A DNA stretch of 44,287 nucleotides from assembly GCA_904502145.1 (NCBI GenBank), contig CAJGDH010000001.1:1-44287 (forward strand), given 5' to 3'. Within the stretch, counting starts at the first letter, position 1, and every line of letters begins with the position of its first letter. The notes under the pieces were generated by a model, which searched no databases, had not been told where the DNA came from, and saw only the letters and a list, made by a program, of their open reading frames with translations. Source of the DNA: an uncultured Eubacterium sp. Its GTDB lineage: Bacteria; Bacillota; Clostridia; Lachnospirales; Lachnospiraceae. A program made the translations under genes and the position numbers. This document shows positions 37,410 to 44,287 of this stretch, piece by piece.

Positions 37410-37470
37410 GCGTATGCCGCACGATTATTTGGTATAAGATCCCGAGGGACACCAATATCGGCGAGTAATT
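37410..37470 (+). ncRNA. Ribosomal protein L21 leader (cis-regulatory RNA)
   Basis: GTATGCCGCAC...GGCGAGT frame with an internal TTGGT...ACCAA stem, lying between the promoter and the rplU RBS. Matches my recollection of the Firmicute L21_leader. Confidence 0.75.
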
Positions 37471-37486
37471 ATTAGGAGGTGCCATT

Positions 37487-37795
37487 ATGTACGCTATTAT
37501 TGCAACAGGTGGTAAACAGTATAAAGTGAGCGAAGGCGATGTGATCAAAGTTGAGAAACTTGGCGCTGAGGCTGGTTCTGCTTATACATTTGACCAGGTT
37601 TTAGTTGTAAGCGGTGACGAGGTTAAGGTCGGTGATCCTTTAGTAGCTGGAGCTACAGTGGACGCTACCGTACTTGAAGACGGTAAGGCAAAGAAGATTA
37701 TCGTATACAAGTACAAAAATAAGACCGGATACCATAAAAAGCAGGGTCACAGACAGCCTTTTACAAAGGTTAAGATCGAAAAGATCAATGCTTAA
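37487..37795 (+). CDS. rplU: 50S ribosomal protein L21
   Basis: [14 protein letters not shown] and GHRQPFT. Confidence 0.98.
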   Translation: MYAIIATGGKQYKVSEGDVIKVEKLGAEAGSAYTFDQVLVVSGDEVKVGDPLVAGATVDATVLEDGKAKKIIVYKYKNKTGYHKKQGHRQPFTKVKIEKINA

Positions 37796-37854
37796 TCTGG
37801 TTTATGTCAGAACAGCATAAGCGTATTTGTGCTAAACAAGACTGGTAGAGATCT

Positions 37855-38184
37855 ATGATTGAGATTACAATCGTTAAAAGACCTGAGACGAAAACGTTTC
37901 GTTCGGTTCAGGTATCCGGCCATGCCGGCAGTGTTGAAGACGGATATGATCTTGTGTGTTGTGCCGTATCTGTACTCACGATCAACCTCGTGAACAGTCT
38001 GGACCATCTCACGGATGATCATTTTGTCTTTGATCAGCATGAAAGTATCGGCTTTATGTCCCTGGTGTTCCCCGATGAACCCGGTGAGGAAGCCAATCTT
38101 CTCCTGAAATCCTATGAACTTGGGATCATGTCGGTCGCTGCCCAGTATGGTGACTGGTTAAACGTTAACACAGAGGAGGTGTAA
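37855..38184 (+). CDS. prp: Ribosomal-processing cysteine protease Prp
   Basis: SGHAG...DLVCCAVS His/Cys dyad; sits between rplU and rpmA. Confidence 0.92.
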   Translation: MIEITIVKRPETKTFRSVQVSGHAGSVEDGYDLVCCAVSVLTINLVNSLDHLTDDHFVFDQHESIGFMSLVFPDEPGEEANLLLKSYELGIMSVAAQYGDWLNVNTEEV

Positions 38185-38189
38185 CGACG

Positions 38190-38471
38190 ATGATTAAAAT
38201 GAACCTTCAGTTCTTCGCACATAAAAAAGGTGTTGGTTCCACAAAGAACGGCCGTGATTCTGAGTCCAAGAGACTTGGTGCGAAAAGAGCAGACGGACAG
38301 TTTGTCAAAGCTGGTAATATTCTTTACAGACAGCGTGGTACAAAGATTCATCCCGGCAATAACGTTGGTCGTGGTAAAGACGATACATTATTTGCCCTGG
38401 TCGATGGCGTTGTACGTTTTGAGAGAAAAGGCAGAGATAAAAAACAGTGCTCTGTATATCCGGTAGCATAA
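38190..38471 (+). CDS. rpmA: 50S ribosomal protein L27 with Prp-cleaved N-terminal extension
   Basis: [24 protein letters not shown]. Confidence 0.98.
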   Translation: MIKMNLQFFAHKKGVGSTKNGRDSESKRLGAKRADGQFVKAGNILYRQRGTKIHPGNNVGRGKDDTLFALVDGVVRFERKGRDKKQCSVYPVA

Positions 38472-38488
38472 GCTTATCTTGCACAGAT

Positions 38489-38523
38489 GGCGGTTTCTAT
38501 GATGGAAACCGCCTTTTCTTTTT
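38489..38523 (+). terminator. Intrinsic terminator of the rplU operon
   Basis: GGCGGTTTCTA-TGA-TGGAAACCGCC followed by TTTTCTTTTT. Confidence 0.88.
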
Positions 38524-38603
38524 CCAAACAAGAACGGAATTAAAAGAGAAAAAATGATTCCTGATTTACGAATCGGTGTACATTTGATATATTATTAGTA
38601 TAA

Positions 38604-39911
<1,308 letters not shown>

Positions 39912-39975
39912 CCGTTTCTACCTGTCCGGACTACAGACCTGATGTTCAACAGACCGGAAACAGAAAGGATAGATT

Positions 39976-40284
39976 ATGACAAGTAAACAAAGAGCATATT
40001 TACGTGGCCTTGCCTCCACCATGGCACCCATCGCTCATGTGGGAAAGGCATCCATCACTCCGGAAGTCATCGCTTCCATCCGGGAAGCCATCGACAAAAG
40101 AGAGCTGGTGAAGGTGGCCATACTGAAAAATTGTTTTGATGATCCCAGAGAGATCGCAGAGATCGTCGCCCAGCGGACCAGGTCCGAGGTGGTAGACGTG
40201 ATCGGCAAGAAATTCGTATTATTTAAACAGGCCAGGGAGAACAGCAAATATGAACTCCCGGGAAAGGACAAAAAGCATGGCTGA
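39976..40284 (+). CDS. yhbY: CRM-domain RNA-binding protein YhbY
   Basis: MTSKQRAYLRGLA, RELVKV and IGKKFVLF. Confidence 0.93.
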   Translation: MTSKQRAYLRGLASTMAPIAHVGKASITPEVIASIREAIDKRELVKVAILKNCFDDPREIAEIVAQRTRSEVVDVIGKKFVLFKQARENSKYELPGKDKKHG

Positions 40285-40888
40285 GATTAGAAAGATCGGT
40301 ATCCTCGGAGGAACATTCAATCCTATCCATCATGGGCATCTTCTCCTGGCGGACAGGGCATTTCATCAGTTTGGCCTTGACCGTATACTGATCATGCCCA
40401 CCAAGAATACCTACTATAAGGAAATGCCCAAAAATGTTACCCAGGAACAGCGTCTTGCCATGATCAGTCTTGCCATAGAAGACAATGAACATTTTCAGCT
40501 GTCTCTGGAAGAGATCAACAGGGACGGTGTTACCTATACCTACGAAACCCTTCTCGACCTGACGGCAAAGCATCCCGGATGTGAATACTATTTCATCATG
40601 GGAGCGGATTCTTTATACCATATCGAGTCCTGGTACAGGGTAGAGGAGATATTCTCCATGGCGACCATCGTGGTTGCGGCAAGGGGAATGGCAACGGCTT
40701 CCGCTCTGGACAGCCAGATCGAGTACATACAAAGCAAATATGATGCGGTGATCGAAAAACTGTACACACCGATCATGGAGATCGCCTCCAATGACATCCG
40801 CAAGAGAGTCAAAAACGGGGAGAGTATCCGTTATCTTCTTCCCAAGAAGGTGATCGATTACATCTATGACAACCATGTGTATGAATGA
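40277..40888 (+). CDS. nadD: Nicotinate-nucleotide adenylyltransferase
   Basis: GGTFNPIHHGH, TYTYETL, FIMGADSL and IASNDIR. Start placed at ATG 40277. Confidence 0.95.
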   Translation: MAEIRKIGILGGTFNPIHHGHLLLADRAFHQFGLDRILIMPTKNTYYKEMPKNVTQEQRLAMISLAIEDNEHFQLSLEEINRDGVTYTYETLLDLTAKHPGCEYYFIMGADSLYHIESWYRVEEIFSMATIVVAARGMATASALDSQIEYIQSKYDAVIEKLYTPIMEIASNDIRKRVKNGESIRYLLPKKVIDYIYDNHVYE

Positions 40889-40889
40889 G

Positions 40890-41474
40890 ATGAAAAGAGA
40901 AAAGATCATTGAGGAACTGAGAAAGACCCTCAAAGCCAAACGATTTGAACATACGATGGGAGTGACCTATACCGCTGCATGTCTGGCCATGCGGTACGGT
41001 GCCGACCAGGAGAAGGCCAGGATGGCAGGACTCCTCCATGACTGCGCCAAGTATCTTTCCCCAAAGGAGAAGATCAACGGATGCAGAAAAAACGGTCTGC
41101 CCGTCTCAGAGTTCGAGGAGAAGAATCCCGAACTGCTCCATGCCAAGCTTGGAGCCTGTATGGCCAGGGATCAATACGGGATCGATGATCCCGAGGTCCT
41201 GTCCGCCATCACCTGGCACACTACCGGAAAACCCGGTATGAGCCTGCTGGACAAGATCCTCTATATCGCGGATTACATGGAACCTAACCGGGACCAGGCA
41301 CCCAACCTTGAAGAGGTACGCCGGATCGCATTTGTTGATCTGGATGAATGTCTGTACCTCATCCTCAAGGATACTGTAGCCTATCTTTCCGGCAGAAAGA
41401 TCACCATAGATCCCATCACTTATCAAACCTATGAATACTATAAATCCCTGCGTTCAGGGGAGGCACAATCATAA
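40890..41474 (+). CDS. yqeK: HD-domain Ap4A hydrolase YqeK
   Basis: RFEHTMGV, LLHDCAK, LLHAKLGA, HTTG and IADYMEPNR. Start uncertain (40881 or 40890). Confidence 0.92.
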   Translation: MKREKIIEELRKTLKAKRFEHTMGVTYTAACLAMRYGADQEKARMAGLLHDCAKYLSPKEKINGCRKNGLPVSEFEEKNPELLHAKLGACMARDQYGIDDPEVLSAITWHTTGKPGMSLLDKILYIADYMEPNRDQAPNLEEVRRIAFVDLDECLYLILKDTVAYLSGRKITIDPITYQTYEYYKSLRSGEAQS

Positions 41475-41486
41475 AAGGAGACAAAT

Positions 41487-41843
41487 ATGGACGAAGCAAA
41501 AAAAATGGCACTACTGGCTCTGAAAGCATTGGAAGAGAAGAAGGCTGAGGAGGTCACTGTTCTGGATATCGGAAATATCTCGACTCTTGGTGATTACTTC
41601 ATCATTGCAAACGGTGTGAACAGGAACCAGGTACAGGCTATGGCCGACAGTGTGGAAGAAGCCCTCGGGAAAGCAGGTTTTGAGCCTAAGAACATCGAGG
41701 GATACCGCAACGCGAACTGGATCCTTTTAGACTACAAGGATGTAATAATCCATGTCTTCGGAAAAGAGGACCGAGATTTTTATGATCTTGAACATATCTG
41801 GAAAGACGGAATCCCGGTCACTAAAGAGGATCTTATGGGATAA
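41487..41843 (+). CDS. rsfS: Ribosome silencing factor
   Basis: EEKKAEEV, DYFII and WILLDYKDVIIHVF..EDRDFYDLE. Confidence 0.96.
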   Translation: MDEAKKMALLALKALEEKKAEEVTVLDIGNISTLGDYFIIANGVNRNQVQAMADSVEEALGKAGFEPKNIEGYRNANWILLDYKDVIIHVFGKEDRDFYDLEHIWKDGIPVTKEDLMG

Positions 41844-41961
41844 GATTTCAGGTTCTTTTTTCATCATATTACTCAGATATAAGAGAATCCGGGCAGATGC
41901 TTTATGTGGAGACGATTTCCGCATGAGGCAGCTGCCCTGAGCATTCTATAGGAGATATACC

Positions 41962-42507
41962 ATGATCTACTGTGAAATCGTTACTCTTAAAGACGGAAGG
42001 GACTGTCTTTTGCGAAACGGAACGGAAAGGGACGGTAAGGCTGTCCTGGATAATTTTATTCTCACCCATGAGCAGACCGACTATCTGCTTTCCTATCCTG
42101 ATGAAACCAACTTTACTCCGGAACAGGAGGGCAGGTATCTTCAGGAAAAAACCGACAGCAGAAATGAGATCGAGATACTGGCTGTCCTCGACGGGGAGGT
42201 GGTCGGCACCGCCGGTGTGGACTGTGTCGGCCCCAGGGCTAAGACCAGGCACAGGGCGGAGCTCGGCGTCAGTATCGACCGGAAATACTGGGGACTCGGT
42301 ATCGGGCGTGCCCTTACAAGAGCCTGTATAGACTGTGCCAGAAAGGCCGGATATGCCCAGGTAGAACTGGAAGTAGTGGCTGAGAATGAGACTGCCATCG
42401 GCCTTTATCTGAGTGAAGGTTTTATTGAATTCGGACGTAATCCCCTGGGTTTCCGGTCACGCCATACCGGGTGGCAGGAGATCATTTCCATGCGTCTGGA
42501 ACTGTAA
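41962..42507 (+). CDS. GNAT family N-acetyltransferase (RimJ/YhhY-like)
   Basis: HRAELGVSIDRKYWGLGIGRAL acetyl-CoA motif and LEV..ENETAIGLY..GF. Confidence 0.88.
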   Translation: MIYCEIVTLKDGRDCLLRNGTERDGKAVLDNFILTHEQTDYLLSYPDETNFTPEQEGRYLQEKTDSRNEIEILAVLDGEVVGTAGVDCVGPRAKTRHRAELGVSIDRKYWGLGIGRALTRACIDCARKAGYAQVELEVVAENETAIGLYLSEGFIEFGRNPLGFRSRHTGWQEIISMRLEL

Positions 42508-42548
42508 TATATAACTTTTGGCTTTGTCCGGAATGGAAGGATGTTGAT

Positions 42549-43373
42549 ATGATACAGGATATATACCCCAGCAAACTTGACAACCAATTTGTTTCCTGTT
42601 CCATGGAAAAAGAAGATCTCCTGATGATATTTGATGATGACGGAAGGATACTGGTTTCAGTGGAAGAGGGGAGGATGAGATTTCCTGCGGGAGGAGAATT
42701 CAAGACCAGACATGTGGTCTATCTGTTCTCCCTTGATAATCAGAGATTCTTTCTTCTTCTGGATAATCAGCCCTCCGACACAGAAGGCTTCCGCTTCCTC
42801 AACATCAGGGAAGTCCGTGATCTGTGTTCCGGCCCGGAAGTATATGCGGCTTTCACCGGCTACCATCTGTGGAAATGGTATTCAGACAACCGCTATTGCG
42901 GCAAATGTAAAGGCCGGCTCCGGCCTGTTAAACATGAACGGGCTCTCCACTGCAGAAAATGCGGCAATACAGTCTATCCGCGCATTAATCCCGCTGTGAT
43001 CGTGGGTGTGATCAAGGGGGACAGTATACTTGTCACCAGATACAGGGAAGGTTATGCCCACAATGCCCTGATCGCAGGTTTTACGGAGATCGGCGAAACC
43101 GTGGAAGAAACAGTCAGGCGGGAAGTGATGGAAGAAACCGGGATCAAAGTAAAGAATATCCGTTACTACAAATCCCAGCCCTGGGGCATGGCACAGGATG
43201 TTCTGATGGGCTTCTACTGTGAGGCGGACGGAGACAGCGAGATCCATATGGATGAAAATGAGCTGAGGTACGCCCAGTGGGTAAAGAGAGAGGATATCGT
43301 TCTTCAGCCCAACAATCTTAGTCTTACCAACGAGATGATGATGATGTTCAGAGATCATAATGAGGATAAATAA
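42549..43373 (+). CDS. nudC: NAD(+) diphosphatase NudC
   Basis: Zn ribbon CGKC..CRKC, YPRINPAVIV, Nudix box GFTEIGETVEETVRREVMEETGI and SQPW. Start placed at ATG 42549. Confidence 0.92.
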   Translation: MIQDIYPSKLDNQFVSCSMEKEDLLMIFDDDGRILVSVEEGRMRFPAGGEFKTRHVVYLFSLDNQRFFLLLDNQPSDTEGFRFLNIREVRDLCSGPEVYAAFTGYHLWKWYSDNRYCGKCKGRLRPVKHERALHCRKCGNTVYPRINPAVIVGVIKGDSILVTRYREGYAHNALIAGFTEIGETVEETVRREVMEETGIKVKNIRYYKSQPWGMAQDVLMGFYCEADGDSEIHMDENELRYAQWVKREDIVLQPNNLSLTNEMMMMFRDHNEDK

Positions 43374-43380
43374 AGAGATT

Positions 43381-43908
43381 ATGGAAATAAAAAAATGTAC
43401 TGAAGCAGATATTCAGCCTGTTACGGATTTCTATGACAAAACCGTCAAATGGCTTGACGAACATATTAATTATCCCAAATGGAGATATAAGATCTACCCC
43501 TCTTTGAAATATGTTAAGCTGATGACAGAAGAAGGCAGTCAGTACATGTGCATTGATCAGGGTAAGGTGGTTGGTGCTTTCGTCCTCAATGACAACCCCC
43601 ATGGAGCTTACGAAAAAGGAGACTGGAAGAAGCCGCTTACCCCGGGAACCTATCTGGTCCTGCATACACTGGCCACAGACTCGGATATGTACAGACAGGG
43701 AATCGGTACGGAGGTCATCAATTTCTGCATCAGAAAGGCAAAGAAAGAAGGCTACCGGGCGATCCGGGTAGATGTGGTGCCTGACAATGATCCTGCCATC
43801 AGGTTTTATGAAAGAAACGGTTTCACCTGGGCAGGAGATGTGGATCTGGAGCTTGGAATCAAAGCGATCCCGATGTTCAGTCTTCTTGAATTAAACCTGC
43901 CTGAATAG
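43381..43908 (+). CDS. GNAT family N-acetyltransferase
   Basis: LHTLATDSDMYRQGIG and IRVDV..DNDPAIRFYERNGF. Start probably ATG 43381. Confidence 0.85.
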   Translation: MEIKKCTEADIQPVTDFYDKTVKWLDEHINYPKWRYKIYPSLKYVKLMTEEGSQYMCIDQGKVVGAFVLNDNPHGAYEKGDWKKPLTPGTYLVLHTLATDSDMYRQGIGTEVINFCIRKAKKEGYRAIRVDVVPDNDPAIRFYERNGFTWAGDVDLELGIKAIPMFSLLELNLPE

Positions 43909-43937
43909 GTAGATAACAAAATTTTAAACAAAGAAAT

Positions 43938-43990
43938 AGGCTCCCGAAGCTGTTCCTGATAGGGCAGTTGCCGGGGGCCTTTGGTTATTT
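43938..43990. terminator. Hairpin terminator between the convergent GNAT and lexA genes
   Basis: AGGCTCCCG.AGCTGTTCCT-GAT-AGGGCAGTT..CGGGGGCCT. Confidence 0.65.
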
Positions 43991-44029
43991 CGGTATAAAA
44001 GGATAATAAATATATAACAAATCAGCAGA

Positions 44030-44287
44030 TTATAAGAAAGAGCGGAAGAGGCCGATCGCCTTGCCTACGATGGAGAAGGGGACATCCAGCGGGATCAGGA
44101 TAGGATCCATGGAATCATTCTCCGGCTGCAGGCGGATATGATCCGATTCTTTATAAAAGGTTTTCACAGTGACGGAATCATCGATCAGAGCAACGACAAT
44201 ATCCCCGTTGTATGCCACCGGTGTATCCTCGACCAGAAGAAAATCTCCGTCGTAGATACCTGCATTGATCATACTTTCCCCCTTTAC
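44030..44287 (-). CDS. lexA: LexA repressor, C-terminal peptidase S24 domain (5'-truncated by the window edge)
   Basis: Frame is open to the window end: [15 protein letters not shown] (catalytic Ser), [11 protein letters not shown] (catalytic Lys), LQPEN and [10 protein letters not shown]. Confidence 0.9.
   Translation of the reverse strand, partial: VKGESMINAGIYDGDFLLVEDTPVAYNGDIVVALIDDSVTVKTFYKESDHIRLQPENDSMDPILIPLDVPFSIVGKAIGLFRSFL

Overview
A gene-dense window from a Firmicute (Clostridia). Gene order and protein style suggest Lachnospiraceae, which is an inference. Bases 1-15.3 kb are carbohydrate-related: the 3' end of a GH3 beta-glucosidase, a PucR/CdaR-type regulator, an MsmX/UgpC-type ABC ATPase, an unusual cytoplasmic ParB/Srx-like + BMP fusion protein, and a probable raffinose-family/fructo-oligosaccharide locus (GH32, LacI, YesL pair, SBP, two permeases, GH36). 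Bases 15.4-20.6 kb hold metG, an orphan larB and an amidase + PdaA-like deacetylase pair. The rest is core housekeeping: plsX-rnc-smc-ftsY-ilvA, asp23-nusB-xseAB-ispA-dxs-tlyA-nadK-argR-recN, L21 leader-rplU-prp-rpmA, obgE-yhbY-nadD-yqeK-rsfS, GNAT-nudC-GNAT and the 3' end of lexA. I saw no mobile elements, CRISPR arrays, tRNAs or rRNAs. The best candidate for an uncharacterised system is the signal-less ParB/Srx-BMP fusion beside msmX. Also notable: the sporulation genes that usually flank asp23..recN are missing, acpP is missing between plsX and rnc, and several non-coding segments look structured. All calls come from reading motifs by eye; no searches or folding programs were run.
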